Of a DNA stretch of 64,000 bases, positions 23,901-38,900 are shown one piece after another (position 1 is the first letter of the stretch; the number at the start of each line of letters is the position of its first letter). This stretch comes from Bugula neritina (taxonomy: Eukaryota > Animalia > Bryozoa), in the NCBI GenBank assembly GCA_964035545.1, contig OZ037772.1:10786818-10850817 (forward strand). Direction: 5' to 3'. Position numbers and translations under genes: made by a program. The notes beneath the pieces are model-generated. The model made no database searches. It was given only the letters and a program-made list of their open reading frames with translations, and was not told the origin of the DNA.

Positions 23901-26900
23901 ATAATCGGGTCATTTAGCAGTGCCTGACGCTTATCTGTAATGTTGTTGGTAAAGAGTTATCCCAGTAGTATAGAAAATGCAAGGGGGGAGGGGGTTTAAG
24001 AAAGTTGTAAAAAAGATGTTTTTATGTGTTTATAAGTTATTATGTAACAACACCAAAGGTGCTTTCAAGTTGCCATAAATTCAGAATTGTACAGAATATG
24101 TCCAAGCAGTAATATAGTACGGTTATTATGCTAATGCCTTTTATTGGAATATTTTTCGGCCAGCTCTAAGTTTTTTTTATATCTTAAGAAGTAATTTCCC
24201 TTGTAAGAAGTGTGGTATATCAGCGAGGAAATAATAAGAGGCGGGTTTAAAGGCTACAGACTCCGCCTACTCACTGTCCCAGGAGTCTTTGGTCGGCAGA
24301 TTCTTCCACATCTTCGTGATGGACAGAATATCCTCTCCCAGTCCCCTGTTGGTCCCAACAAGGCTTTTCTCAGACTCTATGAAGTATAGAACAATCCGGA
24401 ATATCAGAAAACTTTTCCATGCAAATCTAGGGCATTGACCACAATAGCTAAGAATGATACATTTCTATCACTTCTACAGGAGATACAGTAAAGTTTGTCT
24501 GACTTACCCAACTTCCTTACCTAACAGACTCACTTATCTATCTGACTCAGCTAGCTATTTGACTCACCTAACTGACTCACCTAATTAACTGACCTACCTC
24601 CCTAACACACCCAGCTACCTGACTCACCCAGTTAGCACACTCATCTATCTATTTACCTCACTTTCTTAACTGTCTCACCTATCTATCTGACTCACCAACT
24701 TAACTGACTCACCCAGTTGTCGGACGAGTTTGCTAATCTCATGCTCAGCCGAGCTTTCTGTCTCCCCAGTCAAAGAGTCAGTTTTATCGTTCTGTGTGCT
24801 CGAGGAATGCGCCTCTGGAATGTGCAGGAATTCAGAGCTTTGGTAGAAGTCATCAACTGGGGGACTCTCAGCAAGCTACAAGATTTAGAAATTCAACCTC
24901 GTGGTTACCAAACTTGGGAGAAAGCTCAAAATAAAAGTGATTACTCACTATGCTAGAAACGCAAATAAATTATGGTCTTCAAAAACTAATTTTCACCTGC
25001 AGGTATAAATGTCTTTTACTTTCAAAACAATAAGCAAAAATGTTATAATGCATTACAGTTTCATTTTCGGATTGGTTGACTCTCAAGTAAGAGTCAGATC
25101 AAGAATTTCCTTTGAATTCTGGGATTTTTAAATCATAAATAAAATAGCAATATAACTATGATTACCAAATCTTTATTTTGAATTCAAAACAATTTCCTCT
25201 AAGAATTTTGTTAAATTAAATTAAATTAAAATTAATTGAAATAAAATTAAATTAAAATAAACTAAATTGTAAATAAAATCATGTGCATTTACTAAAGCAT
25301 GACTATGATTTCAGTGAAATTGTCTTTTAAAAAGCTTCTCACCTTCTCAGTTGACTGAATCCACTTGGCCACCGGCTCAACAAAGTTCACTGCTTTCCGG
25401 AATCTGAACGTCTGCTCTTCTGTACAGAAGTTCTCAGATGCGGGCTGAGAAGAAGAGCTGTGCCTCTCTCTTTCCGAGTTCGTCTCTAAAGTCGTCCGTT
25501 CATGACTTTTTCTATGGAACCGTTCGTGGAACTCTGACTTGTCAAGAGAAGATCTGGTGGGGTATTTGGTTAGAGAAGTCCTCACAGGTATAATGTGATC
25601 GGGAGACCCTCGAAGGTCTGATGTCTGAGCAAGTCTACGATAGGCGCTGGAAGAAGCGTTAGAATAACTCGTATTTACTTCCTGTTGCACTTCCGGCGGA
25701 TAGATATAGTCCGGGTTAGAAAAAGAATTGAAACCGACAGAAGTCTTTGAAGAATTAGGAAGATTTCGGTTGACAGTGTCTATATTTTCGTAGAAATGTT
25801 GCTGTTTCTGTAGGTTAGAATCTGGTACAGATGAACCATTAGATACAGAGTCGTTTTGAGCCTTGATGCGCTCTAATAATCTATCTTCATTTTGAGTATT
25901 GCTTTGTAAGTTGACAAAATTTCCAGATGACTGTGGCCCATGTGACTCAGAGAGCACCTGATGACTCGGTGTCACATGTGATTGAAATGGCACCTGATGA
26001 GTTGGTGTCACATGTGACTCAGAGAGCACCTGATGACTCGGTGTCACATGTGATTGAAAGGGCACTTGATGAGTTGGTGTCACATGTGACTCAGAGAGCA
26101 CCTGTTGACTCGATGTCAGATGTGATTGAAAGGGCATCTGATGAGTCGGTGTCACATGTGCGTGAGAGGGCACCTGATGACTCGATGTCACATGTGACTG
26201 AAAGGGCACCTGATGAGTGTGTCGTGGAAGACTAGGATTTGAAGACGATGCAGATTCACTAAAATGTGAATCTGCAGAAATGTTGGCTGTTCTTTCATGG
26301 TGAACTAGAAAAATAAGAAAAAGCGTAAGTTGCAATAAACATATTATTTACAATTAACTACAACTATATATTTCAAAACATAACAATTTTCTGCCATACA
26401 TCCAACTAGATGATGGAAAAGAAATGAAAATGCCCTGCCCAACAGAGATGGGAGATAAAATTCTCAGAATAGTGTGCGTGACTATCTTCAAACAACTTGA
26501 CTTGTAAGCATGAATCCATACATATTCATGTTAGTAACAGATGCTGAACACATTCCAACACTCTTTAGAGTCAAAAGTGTTGTGAGCCAGGCAGTTAATA
26601 ATGCGATTATTTATTTAGGCTGGTAGTTAAACCAGAGAATACTGACGGAAATTACAGCTTAATCTCTGTCTCAAGTTTCCACCAAGTTAATTTCACTGGC
26701 ACTACAAGCACTCCAGCTGTACTGTCAAATGGTGACATACTTTTGTTTTGGTGTTGAGCTCCAGCAGGTTTCAGCTGGTACTCCCACGGATGGGTGGGGC
26801 TGGCATCGGACATAACCTGAGAGGTATTGTATATGTGCACCTTTGAGTAAGGGGAGCCTTCTTCACTGTCCTACAAAAGTAGTTATTCTAATGCTAATTC

Positions 26901-29900
26901 TTAGCCCAACATGCACAAATTATTTTCATACCAGGTAGTATTTCTGGTAAATATCTGGCACCAGTTTCATTGTGTCATATACTGTTTTACAATAACCTAC
27001 ATACCTCTAGACGAAAGACAACTCTAAATCAATTTGAGCAGCACACAAAGGGGAAGATAATTCAAAATGGTGCTAAAATATAGCATTCCAGAGCTTAAAC
27101 AGGCTATCAAATACACGGTATGTATAACAACTTAACTTTAGGGAAGCATGCTTCGGTGTTTACTAAAAAAAAAATCACCATTTCAAGCTAAAGTTACAGG
27201 CTATCAGGTGACACACAAAAAGTAAAATGCTCATTGTTATTGATAATCAAGGAAATGCTGCACAACGACATACCACTGGCTCGATGTGCGCGAGAACTGT
27301 TGCCGTTTTTCCTCTCTGGCCAGACACACCTGTCTGTTGATACGCCACGCGGCTCTCCTCTAAACCCGATACAGCCTGTAAGGTTTTAAGGCTATCCTGT
27401 TTGTCCTGCACTGTAGCCTGTGCTCTGTCTGGCTGATCCTGGCTAGCCTCAGGACTAGTTGGAGACTGCTGAGGGTGCCTTGACTCGCGTACCACATCTG
27501 ACTGCTTTGATCTTTGATGGTGAAGTAACTTCTGCGGAGAAGTGTGAGTTTGTCTGAGACGCTGCTTGTCCCCTGCTGCCGCTGGTATTCTGTGTGGCAG
27601 CATTTCGTAGTTAGACTCCAACTCGGCTGAAACTGTGATAATGAAACAAATTTTGACTAAAAGGTTAGCTGTTTTATCTGCTTTCACAACATAGATGAAA
27701 TATTTGGCTCAAGTCTTAATAATAAAATGGATTCTTACAAAATAATTACTGACAGATTCATATCTGAAACTTTCTATTAATAGAATATTCCAGAATTCTA
27801 GGAAAGAAGTTTTCTGACGAAAAATTTCTCCATTGAGCTTTTCAACAGCTTTAAATTAGTCAACTAAAGTATGAAAATGAAATAAGTAATGAAATTTATA
27901 TCATATTTAATGAGGAAGATATCCACTGGCTGTTACAGTCACTGGTCAAGAGGTTTTGTATAAACCAAACATAATTAAATTTTACTTGAAAGTTCAAAAG
28001 GTATTTAAATTATCTATTCATGCAAATAATTCACCTCTAAGCCTTCATATGGTGTTGCCTAGATGAAACTCAAAATTAGCCTTTTAAAGATGAGCTTAGT
28101 TTGTCAACAACTATAGAATAATATTGGGAGGATTTAGTACAGGTAGGCCACTAAGCAGGTAAGAATAGGGTGAACCCACAGTATATAAAGTATTTACTTA
28201 AAGGGTTTCATAAACACACTTGTTATTCATTGTGTTTCTGTTGCTTCACATTATGCAGAGTGAATGCTGTAGAATGAATTTGTGGTTGTAGTTTACATGA
28301 ACTTATGATTGTGGTTTCATTCGAAGCAACTGTTTCCAAACATGGAATGAAAAGTCCATTCGAATAATTCGAAGCTTGGAAATGTAGGATCGCAGCAAAT
28401 CCTTCATATTCTATTAAATTACAGAAGTTAATTTGAAAGTTATATAATCAAATAAAATACAAAACTTACCAGAATAATCTGATGTACTATTAGCACCACG
28501 TGCAGACGTACGATATTCATCACGTGCAGACGTACTATATTCACCACGTGCAGACGTACTATATTCATAACGTGCAGACGACAATCTCTGGGGAGCATTC
28601 TGGACCACATCTACCGAGAATAATGAACCTCCTTCTCTAGCTCGCTCAGGATTCCTAGAATATGTTGTGAACATTCCTTCTTCCACTGAGGGGTTTCCTG
28701 CTGCCACACGGTTGGCAGCGGCAGCAGGGGAGACTTCTATGCACTGATTGGTTGAGTCACTGAGCTGATAGTGCGGGTTTGAATCAGGTGTCTGTCTAAA
28801 GTTAGTTGAGGGTGTATTCTGCCTGGTTGTTGGTTTAGTTGAAGGATACAGCAGCTGTTCCTGTGGGTTTTCCACGAATGAGTCATCAAAGTGTACGACG
28901 GGAGGAGCTGCCTTCAGATTGTACGATCTTCTGCTGTAGAAACCCTCGCCAAAATCTGCCGCATTTTCTTTAACCGAGTTAATAGGCGATTCTGCCTCGA
29001 CAAAGTTATCAACTCTGGACTTCCTTTTCGACACGCCGTGTAGCTTAGTAACCGGAAAGAAATCGGGACACACAAGCATTTTGTACTTGTTACTAGCTGA
29101 CTTTGCATGCTGACTCCCAGATAGCGACCGGATAGATGAGTCATGTTTATTTTTAGATTTAGAAAGAGGCTGGTTGAGTGTCTGAGAATGGTTTGCAGTC
29201 CTGGCTGGTCCTCTATCCGTCTGGTAATCCGGATATGTGGGCGGAGTCGTTTGTGCCTTGTATTTCTGTGGACTCAAAGTTCTGGAGCTGAAAGGGACGG
29301 TTCCAGCAGCGTGCTGAGGGTAAGATCTGTGCTGCTGTTGTGGGTGGGAATACTGGTGGGAATCATTATACGTTACAGAAGCTGGGGACAACTCCTGACT
29401 AGGGGAGTCCGAATAATGAACCTCCGGACTTGTAAAGTGGCTAGAAGTAATTCCCCTTGCAGGTGGACTCACTGGTGAGATGGTGCTGCTAGGAATATTA
29501 TGACTATAGTTTTTATGAGGAGGTCTCTGCTGCTCTTTCTCTTGCTGTCGTCTTACTCTATCACGAAGATGGTCGATAGGTTTATGATTGGACTCGGAGT
29601 TGTGCGACTCTTTACTGGAATAAGCTCTGGATGTGGCCATGTTTTCAGCCAAAGATCTGTCTAAAGATACCCCTCTTCTAGGCGAGGATTTGTCTACATA
29701 CTTAGGATAGTTTCTATCTGGAGATCTAAACTGATGACGATCAGAGCTTGAGTTCCTAGCCGGTAACCTAGGAGGGAGGTCATGAGACGTCCCGTTATAA
29801 GGCACTTCTACTGAAGAAACGTCCTTGACCCTGTGCTGATCATCTCTAGACCTTCGCCTACCCTCGTGAACTCTCTTACCAGAACTAGTGAACACTCCTC

Positions 29901-32900
29901 TACCAGGTCGCCTGGAGTCGCCGTCTGTTTCGTTCCGAAGGAGGACCCTTGATGATTGCGTGTGAGGAGGATATTTGTCCTGCGAGCGTCGGACACTGCC
30001 CTGGTGTCCTTGAGGATAATGAGGGCCCTTAGCTGGGTGCATGCTGGCTGGCATACTAGCAGTACGTTTCACAGGGTGTCGTGGAGCTACTGCAGAAGAT
30101 GTGGTGTTATGAGTCACGCCTGCTCTCAATCTGCCCTCCACGTCACCTGCAACCAAACTCATGTGAATATATGAACTTCAGAAAAATTTTCACAGGTTTA
30201 GCTTAAGCCTGCCCCAAATTTTACTAATAAAGGCATAAACATAAAATTTTCGAAAATATTAACGTATGACTTCCCAAAATATTAACATATAATTTCCTAC
30301 TACTTGAACAGAACAAAGCGGGATGGGTGAGAAATAATATATAATTTGCTAGAATGTGTTCCTATAAAATTACCATTATAATGATAGGGTTGGTAACTGG
30401 GCTCCCTGTATGAAGATATTCTAGTTTGTTGGTCTGCAAATACTGGATCTGCTTTGAAATTATCTCCCTTGTGAGTTAGATTTCCTGAGCGTACATTGTT
30501 ATTGTCGTCAGGGCAGTGGTCATGACTGTACGCTATAGGCTGCTCGTTTTTCCAAATGTTTCCTGAGAAAAGACAAGCAATTCAGTTGAAAAGAAAGTAT
30601 TTATTACAAAATAACGAAACATGTGGAAATATAGGTGAGGTGGTAGCTATAATTTGTATGAAGAAGTTGTTACGTCAAATTCATTTCGATTAATCTATGT
30701 ATATACTTCAATCACAACAAGAAGAAAAATCTATTGATTGGAGGAGAAATCTTGGGAAAAAACTTATGTAAGGCTGAAGGTTAACACAGCTAGATGTTAA
30801 ATAAACAGACAAACCAAACCATGATTTTCAACAAACACTTGCTGGTAAATCTTTTGAAAATGCAGCAAAAATATTCCTTGTAATGCTATATTCAAAGGAA
30901 AACTAGTATAGAGGCATGACTTTACTAAGGAAGTATGGCTGGCCTACGAGTAGTAACCCAGTCTATTGACCATCTGTTGACAAGCCGATTACTAGGAAGG
31001 AAACAGATAATAACAGAGCAGACATTATTGGATTTTTAATCAGTGTTTTGTTACATACAATCAAATATACCTGTACAAAGCATGGATGTTGACGCTTACT
31101 GAATTAAGCTGCAGTAATTTCATCTCATGCACAGTAATAAAACAACACGGTGAAGTAGCTCCATAGAGATACATGTCCAGCGGTGGCTAGACTAAATGAA
31201 TATTATTCGTCTTAATTTATAGGTTATGTTTTAAAATTGATTGTACTATACAATAGGCTATGCTTTAAATTAGGTCATGTCCAAAATTGTGTTTTACTAT
31301 AAATATATTTATTGTCGAAGACTGAAAGAAAGTAGCAATGTGAAAAGGTTATATCATATGCTATAAGTTGCAAGTTACAAGTGTTAAGCAAGTGTGCGTC
31401 AAGATAAGTCAAAATACCGGGTTTTTATACCAGTCAAAAAGGTTAGTTATTGTGTAGTAGCCATAATGAGTGTGGAAAAAGCATAATATAGCTGGCATAG
31501 CTGTGATGATACATGAAAAGCTATCATGTATTAGGAAAAAGCTTTCTCAGCTTATGTAAAGTCCCAACTAAAATGTTTTAAAATTCATCAAGAAAACTTT
31601 TCTTATAGATAACCAGAAAGAATATTGTAGTGTTTTCATAATAGCATGAGTTCCAAGTAAAACCAGCTCTACTTGAAACAAATAGACAAGCTAACAGTAC
31701 AAACCCAGTCTATTGCACTGTCTACCATAATGTGAAAGTATAGTGTCACTAAAAATTTATTCAAAAAACTGTAGAATGAAATAAGTTGTTCCATACTCCA
31801 ACACAATTTCATTCCAATAAACTCAAAGTTCTGAGTGTGAAACAAAATGATAAAAACTTGAGGGGAATATAACATCCAACGTTCATTTGTGGGCTTCAGA
31901 ATTGATATAATATAAAACTAACATTCAAAATCAGGAGACATAAATCCAAAAAAGTTAAGACAGCACCATAATTGGACAAAATAGAAAGAATACAAATAGC
32001 TAAAGCATGTCAGTGTAAAATACTAACTAGACGTCATGTACTTACTTCTAACACAAGTCCCTTGAGTCACTACAAACTACTACATACTAACTACACGTTG
32101 CCAGTCAATAGATGGACACTTTCTCACACAGTAAGATGAATGGACTGCAGGTTCACTGGGTACACTTACTCCTTCCCCACACAACTAGCTATTGTCTCTG
32201 AACAAACATCAACCTGGTTATTCTAATAATATTTAAAGCTATGCATAAGTTGCCTATTACCTCTATCTAGAGGGTAAGTCTAGTCTGAGAGTTTGTGTTT
32301 AGAGCTATTGGCTTGTTTTAGGACTATTACTAACAGACGTACTATTTATAGCACTGCTTATCTTTTTATATTTCAAAATAGTACAATGTTACCCGTAAAA
32401 TAATTGCCCCGTTGGGATTCAAACTTCAGACTTTTAACTAGCAAGCCAGCATGCTAACCAGTATACTAAAGAGGCTAGGGGCCAAGACAAAACCTCAACC
32501 ATTTGTTATAGCAGTCTGGAAAATTTAGCAACCAGAGTATAGAGTTGAAATTAGCTAGGAATAGGACAGAGGGGGATAACTCTATAGAAAATATATGCTA
32601 AAGTTAACGTGTGTCAAAATAGTTGCGCTTAGTCTATGAAAGCAGGTTGTAGCAGTGCAGAATGATTTACCTACTCATTGTTAAATTACAACAATATAGT
32701 CTGAGAAAAGGCACCGACATTACATTCCCTTTGCTATAGACAGACGAATGAACAGATTAAAGTAGCTAAATAGAATATTGAACTGTGAAACGATGAATAT
32801 TAATACTTCAATGACTCCTCCATCACCCATCAACAGTGCAAGTTAACTGAAAAATGGTGGCATTGGCTATAGGAAGTTGACTGTGCCATGCATTCAGCAA

Positions 32901-35900
32901 GTTACATAATTGAAGCAAGATCATAATAGTATAATCATATTTTATATTATCTGATACTAAATATAACTTATGTAATACTATACTGGATAGACTACAATAT
33001 AATCATTATAATTTTACAGTATGTTTGTGGACTCTAAGGCTGGAAAAACAACTGAACATTCCTTAGAGACTAAACATTACAACTTAAAGTCAGCACAAAT
33101 AATCAAACCAGTCTGTTTCATAATGAACCAAATATAACAGAATAAAAAATATCACCAACCAATAATATCCAAATTTAATACAATTCAGAAGTTGTAATTG
33201 TGTTTCATGGTTAGAAGCTTTTTCATGAAGATAAATAATTAGATTGAGTTCTTAAAAAAGATAATATTTAGTTAGTCTGGCAGAATGCCCCCTTCTCAGT
33301 TGAAAGCTATGTTTTTCAACCAATGGGCTTATTTAATAACTGCTCCGTAATTTACCTCAGGTGATGGTATAAAATCTTCCCAGCTACAACTTACCAACAA
33401 TATGACCCAGTGCTGCACGCTGCTACGCTGCCAATGAAATAGCCAACTAGTAATCAATGCAGAGGGCATAGAGGAGGGTATGGAATTAAATAGTGAGACT
33501 GAATCAATCTGAAAGTTAATTGAAAGGATTGTTGAAAGGAGAGAGACAATACAAGTTTGTATGTTTAGTGAATACTGTAAATATAACATCGAGTGCAATG
33601 CCTCCGTACTGCTTATATTCCCAGTGATTGTTGGCTATGTGTAAGGGAGGGGCATATAGACAGCCTCACCACAAAGGACAAACTGTAGATACTGAAGCTA
33701 AGCTCTTTGTGAATGGTGATTAAATGAAACAGAGAGAATTAAATTAAAACTGACCGTTTAGAATTAATATAATGTTGAGGGTTTGAAAGCTAGCAGAGGG
33801 GTATTTGAACCTGTTACAGCTTTCATCTATTCAACTATGAAATATTCTCAGAAGATTTGTTAAAATTATGACATTCACTAAAATAGCACCATTTTAGCAA
33901 TTTGGCTGTTAGTTGAATATTAAACCTATTCAGCAGAATAAAGCTTAAAATCACAAAAGTGCATTTTCTTGGTCTCTTTAATTATACCAATTTTAGGATA
34001 AATGATAAAATGTATTTACATGATGCCAGTTTGACACCTGATAAAGTTATATCATAGTGATAGTGCTCTCTATTATGACACGTTTAAAGATTGTAACCAA
34101 GTTAGGAGCGCAATTCATGAAACGGAATACTTTCAGCTTCAACTGGGAACACAACTCTTGATATAAACTGATTTCATAATAAAACAAGACTGTAAGCCGA
34201 AGAACTCGATACAAACAGAGAGAGTACAGGTTTATCTAAGAAATGCACACCAGTTGAGTTACTAAATAGTCCCAGTAGACACTCAGTACGAACTTATACT
34301 CAGTAAAATTCTGCTCCACATCCATGCCTATGGATACAGGTATATAGCATTTATTCAGCAATGTTAGTGCACTTCACTGTTGAAATGCACACAGTAATTA
34401 AGAAATTAAAAATTTAACACTTAACAAAAAAGCTATTTCCAGCCCTCCCCACCACACCAAAATTTATAAGTAAAAATTAAAAATACTTAAGCTTTTGAAG
34501 CCTGTCTGTTACTGCATGCACCTAAATATTATGATAACAGTTCAAGCAACATTCTCAAAGAGTAACCAACACTTACTTTATATTAAAAGGCAGAATATTT
34601 GTCTACATTTACATACCATCTTCATCATTCCACGCCGAGAGAAATGCTAATGACATCTTGAAATACGCTGATTTCTAAGACTGCAATGATGTCTATTTCA
34701 CACACTGGAAACAATATGCAAAGTTCTTGCTGTAAATTCCAACTAGACTGCTGGTAAATGCTGCCTATGTGCAGTACAAGGCAGCTCTACCTAACCATAA
34801 CGTAATACAAGCTATACCAGGTCTAAAATACTAGAACAATGTGCCAGGGTTCCTCCTAACACATTTCTTACTACAAGACTACAAATCCTTCAAATATTTT
34901 AAAATAACTTGATATGACATTAATGGTTTTATGGAAGTCTTCAATATTATTGGTAGTTGAACCAAACAATGTACATAGATACACCCACTATGAAATTAAA
35001 TGTGCTCTACATAATGTAATGTAATCTACAATTTCATATAAACCATCATCAAGTAGTACACCAATACTTATGACTATAATATTATAAAGCTCTAGCGTAT
35101 ACACCAAAACAAATATTATATGGAAATTAAATTTACTTATAGATATATTGGCTTAATGTGTCATGCCGAACAAATGACAGCTAACATGTTACATAATACA
35201 GCTCCACCCTAGGGCTTTATGCAGCCTAAAGTACAATATGCTGCCTAAACAATGAAACTAGCTGAGATTTTTGCTTGCTTTTCAAGTAATACAAAAGTAG
35301 TATTTTTAGATAAAAGAGAAATTAAATGACTACGTCACAATACTAGAACATGACCTTCACCTTTGTGGCAAGATGCCATCTTTATGTCTTCAGTTTCGAT
35401 GAAATTGCTTAACTTTTTAGGATTCAAATAGAGAAAAATATCAGGTTATTTATAAAACATGAAGTTTGGCTCAACTGCTGTGCTTACAGCCTATGCTTAC
35501 AGCCTATGCTTACAGGTGATTGCAAACATTGCTAAAGCATAAACCTCAAATAAATTTCCAAAGATTAATTTGAGCTTTTTTGCATTTGGAGATTTGAATT
35601 CAATGCTAATTCAAAGCGGTAAAATATACTAGAATATCCCACTATAACAGTCAGAAAAGAACTATAACATTTATGAAATAAACTACATTACAATACAGAC
35701 ACCAATCCTCTGCCTGGGGGGATCCCTACAGAATAGTCACGTGTCATTGTGCCAAGCCTTCATTTAATCAAACATTAAAGAAACTGTACAAGTATTTCCA
35801 CTTCATTAAGTAAGAAACAGCAACACACTGTATTACATACAAACTAAATACAACTTAAAAAGATATTTTAATGAGATATGTTTGAAATATCAAATATCTA

Positions 35901-38900
35901 TTGACATTGTTTAGGGCCTGGATTGTGAGTATAACAATAGTGTTACAGTAAAACAAATACAGCGCTATCAACATGGTGGGCTCTAACAAACACGCATGTA
36001 TAAATAAGTTTACAATAAGTGTAGCGTAGCTGCATTTACACCAGTGTAATGTGCATATTTTCCAGTACAGTGTAGTATACATAGTAATGCAGTATTGAGT
36101 ATACATGATAACACAGTATAGTATACATATAGCAATGCAGTATATAATACTAAATAATATATAATACATAATAAATTCTTAATTAATTTTAGCATTTGCA
36201 TTCTCAAATTCTTTTCTAGAACTAATGCTATACAAAATACAAAGGCAGGTGAAGAATGGCAAACAGCAAACCAAAATTAAAACTGTGAGTTACACAACAA
36301 AGATAACTACCAAATGGCAACTTCAGAAATACTAATATTTTCATAATTTATGGAATAATGTCTAGCAACTAACACTGCTACCTTTATTATAGGAAGACAG
36401 ATCTTGTATAACCACTCATCAAATTGAGGTAGTCTAAATTAGTATAAATTCGAATATATAAGAGTTTTCTTTTATTATATGTTCAATGTTAGATTTTAAA
36501 ACTTAGCTCACAACTGGCAACTAGCAACTGGTAACTTGACTAACAACTGACAACTTAACTAGCAACTGGTAACTTGACTAGCAACTTGGCTAGCAACTGG
36601 CAACTTAACAAGCAATTTGACTAGCTACTAGCAAATGGAAATTGAAAAGCATGCAACTCCTAAACAGCTCTGCCAACTAAATCTGTGATGTTAAAACTTT
36701 AAAATGGTTTCCATGAATATTTATCAACTTATCGTGAACTATTGGTTATTGAACTATTACCAATATATTATGTAGATGCACTCAGTAACGCTTTTACTTG
36801 AATGCTAAGGCAGTACCATATTTATCATTTCTATTGAGTATTTATTTTGTCTAATGTAGTGAAACAGAATATTAAAGTAGCCTATCAAACACACACCTTG
36901 TACATGAGCTACTAAAAGGGACCTTCCCATAATTTCTATTTAATCAATAATTTATAACTGATAGAAGACTTGAAGGATGTGTTACATAAGCGGGTCAACA
37001 AAGACATTCTATTGGGTGAAATATTTTACTGAGTAACAGAGTGCAGTACATTCAGAATTGAACCTGTTACCCCCTACAGATCTGTAAACAAATATAATCA
37101 ATATAGATTTCCAGTGACCTTTACTTTTCAATAGTATAAGATAGGCGGGTTACCTACTCAAAGGTGTTGCTTGTATATGGAATGTGTGAGGAAGTGGTAC
37201 CTCAGTCTATTGTGAGGGTGAGTTTAGGGCGGCCACAGCCCTACCACGTTAACAACTTTATTAACAACAGGTTCTGAAGCTAACTTTGATCACCAAGTTA
37301 ACAAAAGTATTCCACGCCAAACATAAAACCGACTTGCAATATTTAAAAAATCTCTAAGATATGGGCAAGTTTTCTGGTACATACGCCAAAGTAACAGATT
37401 TGTAACTAATTTGTGTAGAAAATACATTTTCAAAATTAATCAACCGCTCAAAACTTTAATTTACCAAAATTTATAAAATTAGCTCCACCAGCTATGTCAA
37501 CGTACGAAAAATCAATTTAGAGGCAGACAGAAGAATAAATACCTAGACATTTTGAACTCTGTGTAAATGAAGAGTGCATAATTATTTCAAGTTTGAGCGG
37601 CTAATATAAGATTTTGATGAAGACATAAAACAGCAGACTGAGCAAAAAGGAAGACAAGCCCTATTTTAAAAACCTTTGCTGAAGAATGAAAGCTCACTAG
37701 ACATCACTGTGCATGACTTATAAAAATTAGCAGCACATGCTTGTGAGCGGGTAACTCCTGAGAAAACAAATATACTACAGGAAAGAGAGAAATCTTGATT
37801 TGTGAAGAGGAAATCTCAATAACAGCCTGCCAAACCAACATGCATGACCAGACACAACAAAGCAGTTGCAATATCTCAACATAATGACAACAGTATAAGT
37901 TATAATAGTAGCGAAAATTATACCAAAGCTCCCTCCCCCCAACAAGTGAAACCAAATGCTACCCTACAAACCCTCCCCTGTCACTCACCTTACATTTGAC
38001 ACTGCAGACTTATTTAAATAAGTAACTTCGACACCTACAAGCAGGTGCTTCTATACTGGCATCTTCAAGAGAGAATGGTTTTGACAACATAGAGCATGTG
38101 CTTGCTCAGCTACCAGCCTGCATGCGACATGTGCTCGCAAGTTGCTGTAGTAGAACAGTGTGTGGTCTGTGATATATAGGCACATGTTTACTTAGAGACA
38201 AAACACTCAATTGTTAGGCTAATGTCTCCAAGTAAAAAGTCCATCAATATTGACTCAGCACTTAAACTAATCTTAGCCTTACAACTTTAAACATATTTTT
38301 GCAGCTCCTTTACAACACTTCAAGTGTTACTACATCAGAATATAATATATTAGGTGTTATTTTTTGCAAGAAGAACCTAATATATTATATTCAAATGTAT
38401 ACGAGTCTGAGATATATCAGGAACACCTAAAGATAAATTCTTCTTGTTGAACTAACTTTATTAGAAAATAATAGATTGTATTTTTTACCAAACTAACAAT
38501 ACCCAGCAATTGGGTTAAGCTACTTATACTTTGTTACAGCTGCTACATTATATAGATTTTGCATTCAAATAACTTTTAATAATAATTAAAAATCATTTAC
38601 TGAGTTGCCCTCCCCCCATTAAATTATATCTGCAAATAATTTTAGCTCATCTGTGACCCCCCATCTTTTACTAAAAAGACTCACCAAATTTAAGTCTGCA
38701 AGAATCTCAAATGAAGTAACAACATAAAAATAGCAGTTAATTAAAATTAACTGAGAATTCAAAAAAGAATTAGCTGGTTTCACCAAAAAAGTTTCCCAAA
38801 CAACTAATTTTGATATTGGAAAGCATAGACTGGGAACCCTAAGTCAATAAACTTGCTATGTGCTGAAGTCAATAGACTAATCTTGAGATATTATTTATTC

